A stretch of 64,000 nt of DNA from contig DF237043.1 of NCBI GenBank assembly GCA_000708835.1, forward strand, positions 148,382-212,381, read 5' to 3'. The notes beneath the pieces were generated by a model. It was not told the DNA's origin. It was given only the letters and a program-made list of their open reading frames with translations, and searched no databases. Below, piece after piece: positions 18,027 through 30,876 of the stretch. This stretch comes from Klebsormidium nitens (Eukaryota > Plantae > Klebsormidiophyceae). Made by a program: the position numbers and the translations under genes. Each line of letters begins with the position of its first letter. Position 1 is the stretch's first letter.

Positions 18027-18281
18027 TCGCACTTTCTTGCATGATGCACGCCAGGTTTGCCATTATGCAGCAAGCTGCAAGGCTGCAAGCATGCAAAACT
18101 GTGAAAATGCAAACCCGCTGGCTACCAGGGGAGCACTACAAATACGCTGCATTGCAGCTTCCATTTTCAATCCAAGCAATTCAGCAACCAGCGCTTTCAA
18201 CAGCTCTCACGCGCACAAACGCTTCCAGCTTCCATCAACAGTTCTGTCATCAGTAAGCTTCCCTTCCTGTCTCTCAGCACC

Positions 18282-19914
18282 ATGGCTCTCACTCCGTGGC
18301 TCGTTTCCCGCGACCCCTTCTTCACTGACCCCTTCAGCATCCTGGACAACTTCAGCACCAACTTTGACTCGTCGCTTACGCCGCAACAGGGCAGGGGCAG
18401 CGAGGGCGCTAGGCGCGTTACAGCATTCGCAAGGGCGCCGGTGGATGTGAGAGAGAAGGAGGACCAGTACATCTTTGAGGCGGACTTGCCAGGTGAGTGA
18501 ACAATTCAACTGAAGAGTGAAATTGGTGGAATAAAAAGCGGGTGGTTTTGTTAGAGGTGTGCCAGCATTGCTTTGAAGGTGGTGCTAGTGATGAAGGAAC
18601 AGGTGTTTGTCTTCGACGAAAGCCATTGCTCTGCTGGAAATTTGGGAAGTTCCTAGTTGATGCTTGGGAAGTCTTATGGATGGTGCTTGAGAGGAGCTGA
18701 GATAGTTGCTTGACGAACTGCCTTAGGGGCTCAAGAAATGAAGGTGGAAGCAGCTTGTAGCAACGGCAGGACTTGTTGAAAGGTTGCCTTGAAAGCTTCT
18801 CTGAAAAGGTTTGGTCGACGTCACAGTGTTCCCCAAGCTGTGGTTGGTCAGTGTTCTGTGGGTTTGTTAGACGGAGTTTAGCTCCTTAGGCGGAGTTCAG
18901 CTCCTGAGGGGCAAATGTGGTGTGTCCTCGTTATGTGAGTGTCATGCTATACGAGTGAAAGTTTGAAGTTCCTTATTGCTTCTTGTGTGCTTCTTGTCAA
19001 GCTCAAGATTCTGACATTGATTCTTTTGATCTTGCAGGGTTGACCAAGGACGAGGTCAAGGTGCAGTTGGAGGAGGACGGCAAGGTCTTGGCCATCTCAG
19101 GAGAGCGGAAGCACAACTTTGAGGAGAAGAAGGAGGGCCAGAACTATCACAGGTGAGTTCATCCCAGCTGAAACAGACTGCTCTTCTCCTTTGCAGCTGT
19201 ATTATAAAGTGGATCAAAGTTGGTTGCCCTTTGCAGAACCTCTGCTTATCATCATCTGCCTTCGTCTGTCCTTGCACTCTGCGTGTTTAAAGGATTTCCT
19301 TCAATGAGTCTCGTGGGACTAGTGGTCCCAGTGCATTTTAGAGGAGGAGCAACTACGAGACCTGCCTTTTGATCAGTTTCAATCCTTTTCATAGAGCACA
19401 GTGTGAAATTTTTAGGGGCAACACAAGTTGGGATGTTGCGGCTGACTTTGGCGCGCCAGGCATTCGATTCATCTCTGTTCTGGTTATCGTCTCGTTTGAG
19501 CTGCAATTTCCAGTTGTCCAGCCGAGTTTTGACTCATATCCGTCATGTCCATATCTCTTTTCAGCTTCTCTGTTGCTCTGATGAGGGTCATGCAAAGCCT
19601 AGTACCGTTGTTAATCCTGGTGGCACTCTGTAGAAAAGATTGTCTATTCTAACTTTCTGCGGCGCTTGTTGAATTGCTGGTCTGAGCTGCATCCTCCTTC
19701 AGCTGCCTGCTTCTGATAGCGACTTTGAACTCTTTCGTCCTTGTATCTTTGCAGGATTGAGAGGTCGTACGGCAAGTTTGAGCGCCGCTTCCGTCTGCCC
19801 GACAACGCCAATCCGAGCGACATCAAGGCCGCAGCCAAGGACGGTGTTCTCACGATCGCCATCGCCAAGCAGAAGCCCAAGGAGAACAAGACCGTGGACG
19901 TGCAGATTCACTAG
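18282..19914 (+). CDS. Small heat shock protein (HSP20/alpha-crystallin domain), cytosolic class I-like, 3 exons
   Basis: Exons 18282-18492, 19038-19152 and 19755-19914. Sequence: MALTPW...DPFFTDPF, PVDVREKEDQYIFEADLPGLTKDEVKVQLEED, LAISGER, HRIERSYGKFERRFRLPDNA, IKAAAKDGVLTIAI. Confidence 0.95.
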
Positions 19915-21374
19915 ATAGTCACTGCTCTGAGAGTCTACAGCATGATAAGATAATAGGGATCATATAAGAGACTCTTGATGATTGCAGTGGTTGTCTCGCA
20001 GAGTCCAACGAACTAACCAGTCACGAGATGCGGGAACAGGAAGTTTTGCACCTATTTGCGGCATATCCATAGCAATGATGAGTATATAGACAAAGATTGT
20101 TTGTTGCATAAGCAGCATGAGACACTGAGCAGATAGCATAACAGATTGCCAGAGTAACCTGAGAGTGACCTAAATGAACCGTTGAACATAACCTATCATT
20201 TAATCAACTGTCAAAATTGTTTGTTAAGGTCTGACCGTTCCAGACTACCAAAGGGCCATCTTTTTGTCACAAGTTTGTGAAAATCAAATTTTCTCATACT
20301 GTGTCAAGAATTGCCTTTCTCCGATGCCAACAAAATTTCATCTTTGAAATATGAAGTGATGTGCACTGCTAGGATCACTCATTGCATTGCGCACGGCCGA
20401 CAGTGTCTGTACTCCCAGCTCTCGAATAAATTGTGCAAGATAGTACTATAATTCAAGGATATCAGACCGTATTGCATGCGCATGAAAGTGTCATTAAGGC
20501 TGTACAATCAATCACCAGGGTTGAATTGGTAGCAGCGCAGCGCCTACGCTAACCTGCAATACGAATTGCACTGCAGAGCATCATATGACTGTCAGATATT
20601 CTGCGTGACAGGAACAGACGTAGAGGAACATGCAGCGATGTTGTGTTGATGGCCGGCCGATATCATCATAGTATTGACCTAAACTGTACTAACGCAGATC
20701 ATGTGCCCATGGTGCGCGCGTACGTGAATCGTTTATCCTGCATCTTCACGTCATCCATGACAGTGTATGTCAAGGCTAGCTCACCATGGCAGTTACGGCC
20801 ACAATATATGATCGACAATCAATATGAGTGTGCATACCCTAAGATTGCAAAACACGTACTAGGAAGCAACGATGCACGTACTTGTAACCGTCACCGGCTT
20901 ATGTACCGTCAACATCAGGCTTATCCCGAAAGTTGAATCGCTTGCGTTCGCCCGGCCGGATCGATCGGCAGCTACTAGGAAACGATAATAAACCTAGCCT
21001 ATGAAGCGCCGCGCTGCTGAGCAAGACCGTCTGCGCTGTAGCTACTTAAGCCACAAAGCCAGCTAGCAGCTGAATACGACATGCGTGGCATGGCAACTCT
21101 GGGCAGGACACGTCCGATCTAAAATGCGGAACTGTAAGTTGCAAACATGTATCCACGTACGTTAGTACTGGTAAAAGCGCCAACCATGCAGTGGCGGCTT
21201 GGCCAATCCAACATAGGCGGGAAGCTATTGTCGATAAATTAGCACAACATGCAGATCAGTATGTTGGAAGATTTATGAGGGCCTTCAGTACAAGCATAAA
21301 TCGTGTTTGAGAAAGTCAGGGCACCTGCGAATGCTTGGACGAAATGAAACTGCTTTCAACATAAATCACTGGAG

Positions 21375-24300
21375 TTACGTCCCAAGTCCAGCCGAATCCG
21401 GCCGGAAAGCCGTCTCCGCTAGATCGATCGCTCGCGCCATAGCCATTGATTTGTTTACCGTTTCTTGATACTCTAGCTCGGGGTTACTGTCCGCTACAAT
21501 CCCGGCCCCCGCTTGCAAATGCACGACCCACTCTCGCCTCGGCACTTCCCCCCGGTAGTCGTACAATGTGTCGTGCGCAAACGTGGGGATGACCATCGTG
21601 CGCAGGGCCAGAGCGATGTCCATATCCCTGCAGAAAAGCAAGCCGTCGATATTATTGATGAGTTTGTAAACAACTCAAGCTTGTGCCCCACAAAGCATTC
21701 ATGAGGGAGTCATCGAGAGAATGTCATCGATCTGAAAAGTGAAAAGATACTGTCGAAGAATTCAACGAGCAGAGTTTGACGGCTCTAGAGGGACGTGACT
21801 GTTGGTTGAAGGCTCTAGATGACGTGCCCGGGTGCCTGGGTGCTCTTAGGGAAAAGTCAATGGGCTGTCTAAAGTGATGAACAAATCCAATAGGGTTCCT
21901 GTCTCAGTATCGGCCACCAAACATCAAACGGGAAGCAGTAACTCCGTACACATGAGAAGGTTCGAGGGCCTGCACTTGTTCCACCCCCGAAATCAAATCG
22001 ATCCGTCTTTCAGGTTTTGCTGTGAGGCGAGAAAAGGACGGAAGAGAAAAATTGGTGCCACTCACCCTGTGAAGGACACCATGCCGATCCCTCCGCTGTA
22101 CGGCCCTCTTCGCGCCACCTCTAGTTCGTCGATCAACTCCATGGCACGCACCTGCGACACAGAAGGGACGTCGGTCAGCTAAGTCCATATAACAGAAAGT
22201 TTGTCCACATATTGCCTACTTCTTGCAGACAGCGATGCTTGCTTTCTGCCCGTATTCCCTGGTGTGATTGTAGCAAACATTACGCCTGAGAAAGAGCTTC
22301 TTGGCTTGTCCAACGCACAAGAGTATGTCCCTGAAAGCCCGTCCCAGCCTTGCATCTCGGAGGCTTCTTCTCACCTTCTATCACCTCTGGTATCATACAA
22401 TTACAAAGCCGTCAGCAGCCGATTTTCGGCGGCCCCCTAACGGTACCGCGAATGAAAAGCTTCTGATCTTACACAAAGCGGACCCTTCGAAACCCACACC
22501 CGCGCCCCGTACCTTTGGCGCGCCACTGACGGTCCCGACCGGCAGCGTGGCTTTGAGCGCGTCCCAGGAGGTGAGGTCCTCCTTGAGCTCCCCGGTGACC
22601 GTGCTGCTGATGTGCATCACGTGGCTGTACCGCTCGATCTTCATCAGCGCCTCCACCTTCACCGAACCAGCTTTCGACACCTGGCGCGCAGAGAGAGGGG
22701 TCACAGATGAACTCTTTCGGACGGTCAAACCTCCAGAAAACAAGGATTCGGCCAGTCACCTGGTGTGCGCTGGTGGAGAATTCTCGAGAGGGCGTGTCAT
22801 CGGGACGGTCCAAAATGTCAGCGCTTGTCACCATCATAGAGGCTTGCTTTGGAAACAAACCCCGGCGCTCGGCGACATCAAAGCAGACCAGAGCGCTGGG
22901 CAGTCGCTCCCCGACGCAACTCGGAGTCTTCTGTGTATGCCCTTTTCAAACGACGGCAACGCTCAACAAACCTGGGGGAAAGGATATATAAACGACGTGA
23001 AAGATGAGTTGGATGTTCAGAAAGAAGAGCTGCGGCTACAGGTACCAACACTCCACCAACGGCCTCCAAACGGTCACAGGCGCCGCGCCACCTTGCGACG
23101 CTCTTCACCCTTACAATCACCAATTAAATTTAGCTCATGATCCGTAACCAGAAAAAGACTTCCAACCCAAGTAGAGGTAACGGCTGCCTCCCACACTAGC
23201 AAAGTTTTTAGCCCCCTACGTTTAGATGAACGCGCTGTGAGCTCAATGTAAGAAGCAACGTTCAAACCCCGTTTGCGCCCCACCTTGCCGACGTCATTCC
23301 TGCCCAGGTCCACCAGCATGACGTGCTCCGCGCGCTCCTTCTCGTCCGCCAGCAACTCGTCCTCCAAGGCCTGGTCCTCCATCTCCGTCGCGCCCCGTCG
23401 CCGCGTGCCCGCCAGCGGCCGGTTCACCACCTTCCTCTGCAAACATGAGACGTCGTTCTCAGCACCGCTTTGCAAGCTCTGTTCTCAAAACCAGTCCACC
23501 AAGCCGATGCGCTGCTTCTGATGCTTGGAAGTCATCATGCACACCTCCAAGACGCTTTGCAAAAGACTCAGGCTTCTCAGTCGCACTGCAAGAACCTTGC
23601 AAAACGCCCAAGGCGTGTGGCATGAGCGCTAACAGTTCCTAACGCTGGAGAGGTTCTCGGAGCTGAACGTGACAGGAAGGAAGATCCCGGTTTGCGCAGC
23701 ACTACTGGATTGTCTGCGAGGTACTTCGCTATGAGGCTAATATGCTTCCAAGACTCCAATTCCAAAATGTCTTGCTTTCGTAGAAGGTCGCCGAGTTTAT
23801 CAGTCATCGCTTACGTCCGTGATCCGGCAGAGGATCTCGGGGCTGGACGCAACAAGAATGGCGCCCCGCGCCTGGAGATAGATCATGTAGGGGGAGGGGT
23901 TCACGATGCGCAGTGCGCGGTAGATCTCGTACGGGTCCGCAAAAGTGCGCCGCTCAAAACGTTGGCTTAGCACGATCTGAAAGATGTCGCCTGCCAGTAT
24001 GTGCTCCTTCGCGTCCTCGATTGCCGCAATGAAGTCGCTCCTAGGGATAGAAGGCAAGACTTTGAAGAATTTGGCAAGGCAGTACGACCCGGATGGAGGT
24101 AGCTTGGTGCGCTGCTCTGAACCTAACAGGTTGATCATTGTCGCCCGCCAGAAGATGCTCTTACTGGCAGCATGCAGTGCGTCGATAAGTGCGCTATTGA
24201 CGAGGCACCTTTTCAATTTAGAAATGCTAACCCGTGAAATCGCCCCACCAAAAACCCGAGAACAAAAGCAGAGATTGAGAGCGATTCAGGGTGTCAGAAT

Positions 24301-27300
24301 GCGCAACAGAGTATGCACGTGCTTATGTCGGAACATGCAAAGAAAGGCCGCAGGCAATCGTGGTCACGTTTGAATCCAGTCTTGCCGTTTCGAATTCGAA
24401 CCTAAAAGGCCCTTGTCACATCCACCTGAGGCTCGACTTTAGCAAGGCGGCCGCAATAATGCAACTCTTGCCAAAGCAAAAACGACTCCAACGCTCACTT
24501 GGTCATGTTGGACACTGCTTCCGTGGTGGTGTTCTCCCCGAGCGACAGCTGTACGCAGCCGGACGAGAGCACCGGACCGTCGGACGTTTGCAGCCGTTGT
24601 ACCAGCCGTGCAAGCGCGCGCTGCCCGTTCGAATAAGCGTCCGAAACGGATTCGAAGTCGTCCAGCATCACCCAATGTATCACGTAGATAATCTGCGCAT
24701 TGAGAGGAATCCAATCGTTTCCCATTGCTCTAGGAAAAACGAGGAACACGCGGGGCACCTTCAGGAGCCGCTTCCGAAGCGGAGGACGCTTCCAGCATCA
24801 CGAATCACGTGGATGATCTGCACGTCGAGGAGGACTCAATGAGCACTCGTCGTTAGAGAACGAAGTGCAAAGGTCCCAGTTCGAGGAATTCTCGAACTCG
24901 TGGACGCGAACACTCCAGCATCGTGGAACAGATCACATAGATAATTTAACCTTGCGGAAAAACAACGCACTGGTCTGGCCTGTCAGTACAAAGAGGATCG
25001 GGGACTGATCCCCCAGGCGACCAACTAATCGAGGCTCCGCTCAGAAAAGGCACGTGCTCTAGGATTGCAGTGACACCAAGGTGTGCTAACAAGGACTGTG
25101 CGTCGCCCGAGAATCATCTGCTGAGGAACGACGACAAGAAGCGGCTGAAACGGAGGTGCTGACGGTCAGAAGTACAGCACACACGACGAACAAAGTGCTC
25201 AGTGAAACCTAACACAAAGTGGCTGTTTTCAGTCGACCGAAGCAGAATACTAAGTATCCACGCCAGATCTCCGTATGAGACAGCGAACAGATTTCGCCAA
25301 CCAACGAGCCGCACTACTTTTCTCTCACTCTCCAAGCCTGACAGAGCCGTATAAGTATTGAGAAATGCGCAAACAGAAGCGTTAGACAGACAAAGTACAA
25401 GTAAGAAAGCCAAGGAAGGAACAAAACGAGTGTCGTCAACGGAAGGCCCACCTTGGTGACGTGGTCAAAGACGACTACGTCGTGGTACAGCCCGAGGTGG
25501 ATGTCGGGTAACCCTCGGTCATCGTCAGGCGCGTTCGCAAACGGCAGCTTCTTGCTCTCTACGTACCGGACCGTGTCGTACGATGTATAGCCCACCCATC
25601 CGCCTGCATGAGGGGCGCTCTGATATTTTCGTTTGAATATCCGCAACGAGCTGTCGGCTTTTGTCCCTGGACCTTTTGATCTTGCGCTGTGTGCTTCTTG
25701 TTTCGAACGTTCTGTTGTCGATACATTCATGGCAATGCTCTTGACGAGCTGTCTGCTTTTGGCCCTGAATTCTCTGATATCGTGCTGTCTGCTTTCCTTT
25801 TTATACTTCTTGTTGTCGAACTGTCTGCTTCTAAATGGTGCAGAGCAACGTTTTCAGGAGGGCGGATTGATCCTGCCCGTTGCCACATTCGACCGGGTCA
25901 AGAGAGACGCCGGCATGCCGAGTATGTTTCGCCGGAGCAGAGTATCAAAAAGCTGCATCAACGTTGTATCCTGGCTTCTGGCTATGGTCAGTGAGCGAAC
26001 ATTTCTCCTTTCCCTTTGGCCATGCATTTCAACAAAATCTCAAGAGCCCAGACTATTTTACTCACCGCAGAAGCAGTCTGGCAGTCCATCTACAGTGGCT
26101 GGCCGCCAGTCCTCTGACAGCTCCACGGGCACCTGGAGGGGGTCTTGGCTCAGCTTCTCCTCGCGCCCCCCCTTTGCATGGTCGAGGATCGTCACCAGCT
26201 CCTCTTTCGCAATCACCTCGAGGGACGGGTGGGCACCGACAAAGCTGTACCGCCCCTGGTATGAAAACCGGTATGGATGTCAGTTTCGGCTCTACTGCAG
26301 CAGGCCAACTTTAACAAAAGCTAACATGCTAGAGGATTTCTGAAGCTTTGATGATGAGAGTCGAGTGCGGTCTTTCGAATTCGGAGGAAAGATGGATCTT
26401 GTAGGACGATAGTAATTCCGGCTTCCCGCTTTTGATAGCAGAGGACCAACTACCAGAAGACCGTCAGGAAAAACAGCGGTGTGAGGCTGGCGCCATGGGG
26501 TTCAACTGCACCACCACAAAGCTATATTCATGTGTCCCAACAATGACAAGATGATGATTTGCCTCCTTGAAGACGTGGCTGTGTGCGTAGAATGCCGTCT
26601 CAGGGTTTAGCCAGCCTGACAAACATGTTTGTTGGTGTCTTTCCAGCCCGCTACTCAGTTACCTTCCGAGGTACACCGAAAACCGACCTTGTCAGGAATG
26701 CCAAACGGAGTCGTAGACTTTCCTCGTTATGAAAATCTGGCAAAATAGTATGCTTGCAGAATCATATGGGAGTAAACGTCCACTTATAAAAATCTGGCGC
26801 AATTGTGCTTACCGCGCGAATTCCGTCTTCCACCGATTCTAGCAGGAAGCTGGGCGCCTCCTTGTCGTCCCCCCTCACTAAACACTTGTACGCTAGGACA
26901 GGCGTCAGCTGGTCGGAGAAGATGCGCCGAAACATGGGGACCAGATTGCCCCGCTCAGCGGCTTTGGAGAAGGAGGCATAGTCTGCAGAGGCGGGATACT
27001 TACTTTAACGAACCTGACCTCACTGACCAAGCGGGCTCCAAAGGCTGTCATACATGGGCCGCTCAATGTTGGACAGCTTGTGATGTGAAGGGATCTGGCC
27101 TATTTGCATCAGAAACCTTCAGGAATAGTCTGGTGGATTCCAGAAGGCACCAATGCACGACCGCAAAGCTGACAGCCTATGTTGCATTGGGCAAATATAT
27201 CACAATGCAAAGCTGCAGGGTGGTGTTCGGAGAGCTCAAATGCACTCTCAAATTTCCAATTTTGCAGAAGAGTCTGCAAATGGAGGTCATTGAACGCTGA

Positions 27301-27690
27301 AATCATCAGCAGATCGTGATAATGGTGGTCTGCTAACGCGAGAGTACAATGTCCAATCTGCACTTTGAGACGCTCACCTTCTGTAACCTCCTGCGGTGTC
27401 TCCACAGCTGGAGCCACCGCCACTGCTACTGCCCGTCGTTTTACCGTTGGCCTTTCATCCGCTTTGAAAGTTGTTCTAGAGTTGCCAGCAACATACTGTG
27501 GCCCCAGAGTTGGACTCGGGCCCTGGTAAGAGGAATTCGCTAAGCACGCTCTTCGTGATCCACAGCAAACAGCGAGACCTTGCCGGACCAGTGCATCAGC
27601 CTCACCCACCCCGCTCCCAGCTTGCGCAGAAGCGGACCCCAGTAACAGCGGCCCCCGCAGCAGCCTTGCTTGGAGGCCGGCCTGCGCCAT
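21375..27690 (-). CDS. ASA: Anthranilate synthase alpha subunit (TrpE), plastid-targeted, 10 exons
   Basis: Exons 27690-27378, 26982-26813, 26255-26066, 25603-25452, 24692-24499, 24040-23815, 23436-23284, 22680-22513, 22151-22066 and 21627-21375. Motifs: [93 protein letters not shown]. Confidence 0.96.
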
Positions 27691-28384
27691 TGTGCCTTTT
27701 GCCCTCAATGGCCAGGGCCAGGACCCGAGGGGCAATCAGCTTTTTGCTCGTCAAATGCCCCTGGCAAAAGCACTCAATGCTGACAGTGATGTCGCCTCAT
27801 GAATCATGAATGCACAAATGCCAATGGCAATGTGGGGAATGTTGCCCTCTGAGTCTCGGCAAATCGGCATTTGGCTGTGACGCCGACGGCGAGAAGGTTG
27901 AGCACAGACCGTATTCTAATCGCCACTCATACCCCCCGTTGCATCACTTGCAGGATTAGAATACTGCATACTGATGTTAAGCCTGTACGACCGGACTTTT
28001 AGGGCGCATCCAAACTCCATCAATTTTGCGCCGGCCAGCTGTCTCATGCCATTGGCATTGGTCCTCGAGCCTATTAAAGGTCCAGGAACAGCTTCAAAGT
28101 CTTCAGATTGTGTAGATTTGATTTCAACAGCAATCCATCAAGAGAACGCTGCACACAATCAGCCTGGCGCTGCATCTGTTATGAGCCGCAGGCGCCCTCT
28201 CCCCTCTAGCCTCTAGGATCGAAGTCCCTGCTGCGGGGTCCGGAAGCGGAGCCTTCAGATCGTGGCTTCCTGCGCACCTCCTGGGTCGGCCATATTGTCC
28301 ACTCAGACTGCACGATTGCAGCCATTGTTTCAGTTGCAAAAGAAGAAGGTGGCCCAGAATTTGGGAGACCAGTGTTGGAACAAC

Positions 28385-30349
28385 ATGGCCACTTGTCAGA
28401 TTGTCCACCCATCCGCAACCCTGAGCCAAACGAGGCTCTGTTCACTCCACAATCCAACAGCATTGCATTCTACTAGGTTATTCTCGTCGCCCCATCTTTC
28501 CAGTTGCCTGGTTCTCCCAGCAGAAGGACCATCATCTTTGCAATTGCCTCATTTAGCGGTGGCTCGGGCATATTCTGTTGCACGGAAGACCACTAGACCG
28601 GCACTAGGAAAGACTGGGACAAGCTGGCGGCCAGTGACAGCATTCGCTCCTTCTCTCCCAACACGTTTCCAAGTAGCTCGCAATTGCGCGGGCAGGATCA
28701 AGCGTAGGCATGCCGAGATCCATCATTCAAATGAGCGCGGCCTGGTCTGCCGAGCCTCGTTCAGCTGGCGCGACTCAGGCGATTCGGAAGAGGAAGAGTG
28801 CGACGAGAATGGCATCTGCACCCCAGCTGGTATGAAGGTGTTTGACGATGGGAGGCAACTGTTCAACCAGCGGGAGTTCTACAAGTGTCATGACGTCCTT
28901 GAGGAGCTGTGGCATGTATCTCCGGAGCCGCAACGCTCCGTGTTGCATGGGATCTTGCAGTGCGCCGTGGGACTGTACCACCTGCAGAACCAGGTAGGAG
29001 TGCAACACATGATGTGGCTCTGTATTCTGCTCCTTGGCTTAGAGGATTGTGATCTGACGTGGTGGAATTTCAGGAAAGATGCGCTCTCGAACAGTCTTGC
29101 TTGTGAACTGTGCTGCTTGAATTCTGTTGCAGCCTTGTGGTCTGGTTGTTTCGTTGAACTGCGGTGTGTCAACTCATTCAAATTGGTGGTCACGGCATGC
29201 ACAGATCTACATTCCATTCTCTCTGTCCGGAATCCGAATCCGCTTTGAGTCCTCTCCGAGCAGTCTCAGCTTCATTTAACATACGCAGTCCCACTTCTGT
29301 GATGGAAAAGTAGAGTCCCAAGAGTATAATCGAAGTTCATGGGTTTCGAGGGGGGAACCTGCATCTCAGAAGGCAAGTCCTTCCGTGAGGGTGCACACTA
29401 CGGATCTGTGTCTTGCACTACTGTTCACGGAGCACTTGCTCACATTGCGCAATCTTTCAATCTGCAGAACCATAGGGGTGCGCTCATCCAGTTTGGAGAG
29501 GGTCTCCACAAGCTCCGGCGGCAGCAGTTGCGGGACGGGCCGCTGTTCGACTTTGAGCAAGGCATGTCTGCGCTGCTGGAGTTCGTGTACAACACTCAAA
29601 TTGAGCATGCCGCCTGCGACGAGGAGACGTGCGCCCCAATGACAGGGGACGATGAGTCGTACAGGTAATACGTCTCCGTTGATTAGGCTCAGTCGTTGAC
29701 CTTTTTCGATCAACCCCGTGCAAGTCGGATGGAGCTGCAATAAGGCGTCTCCAAATGGAAAATGTAGGATAACCATCTAGAGGTGTCTTCTCTTAAGAAA
29801 GGTCCGCTTCTGACAGGGTGCCGGAACGAGAGCCCCGAAGTTTCAGACGCTGTGAGGCTGAGTGTCTCCTAGACGAAACGAAGTGAACAATGGTTTTGGG
29901 TGGCACCCTGTTCATTGATGGTCTGCGCCCGTGAATTGGGCAACGAGGGATTTTGGGTTACATGGATTAAGATACTGAGACAACTAAGCGAGAAGGTTGA
30001 CTGGACCTTGTTTGTCAGCTGACTTGTGGCACTCAATTCGGAACCAGCACTTAAGGGGAGAATGCTTCGGCTCCTGTGCAGCTTTGTCTATGACGTGCTT
30101 CCGATCTGACTCGTACTATCCAGAGTCGATCCTGAGAGTCTTTTAACTCATTCTTGCAGGTTGCTGGGAAACTTCGGTGCTGGCCAGCCGATGTACACGA
30201 TCGAGGAAGGCCGTGATGGTTGTATATACCTCCACTTTAACTCGGCTCGGCAGGAAAAGCTGGTAGCCCAGGGCTTCGAGCAACAGCGAGTTGTCCTGCC
30301 GGTGCTGGAAGTCACCGAAGCCGATCTTCTCGAGTTAAGTTGCAGATGA
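28385..30349 (+). CDS. DUF309-domain protein, probably organelle-targeted, 3 exons
   Basis: Exons 28385-28993, 29468-29664 and 30160-30349. The DUF309-like core reads LFNQREFYKCHDVLEELW...LHGILQCAVGLYHLQNQNHRGA...GEGLHKL. The N-terminus is long and transit-peptide-like. Confidence 0.85.
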
Positions 30350-30876
30350 TAAGGCCATGGGTTTCGGAAGGTTATGTGCACGTGTGCACGCCAGTACTTT
30401 AGTCGAATATAGACTCAAACTTAGAGCCTTTCTTAACATTCAGGGCCCCCGAAACGAGCATGTATTCTCCACCTCTCAGAAGATGGGTTGACGCTTTCCA
30501 AAATCGAGAAACGAAAGAACATTTCCGACTATAGTTGCCCCATGCATTGTCTGATTGACATCTGCATGTGTAAAGTAGGTATATGGGTGCTCAACAGCTC
30601 AATGTCTTCTGGCATGCTGTACGGGGGCAATCAAAGCTGATCATAGGGTCACGGAATGCAAGAATCTTGCTATAGTTACATGGGGCCGTTTGGTGGGCAG
30701 TCACTTGTCACATTTGCGCAAGAATCTTGAGACGATCCCAACGAACAGGCGGGACCGCTAGCACATGACGCAAGTACGTGCATTTTATCTTCTCGTCTAT
30801 GGACATGATGCATGGCCACCGGGCCGGCCACCTTATCTCAATCATTGTACTATTTCTCGTTTCCTTGTCATCAGGA

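Noticed and set aside
18585-18600. Possible C/D-box snoRNA C boxes (TGATGA) in introns here and near 19560, 26350 and 40935
   Set aside because: I could not identify a matching D box with terminal stem or an rRNA-complementary guide.
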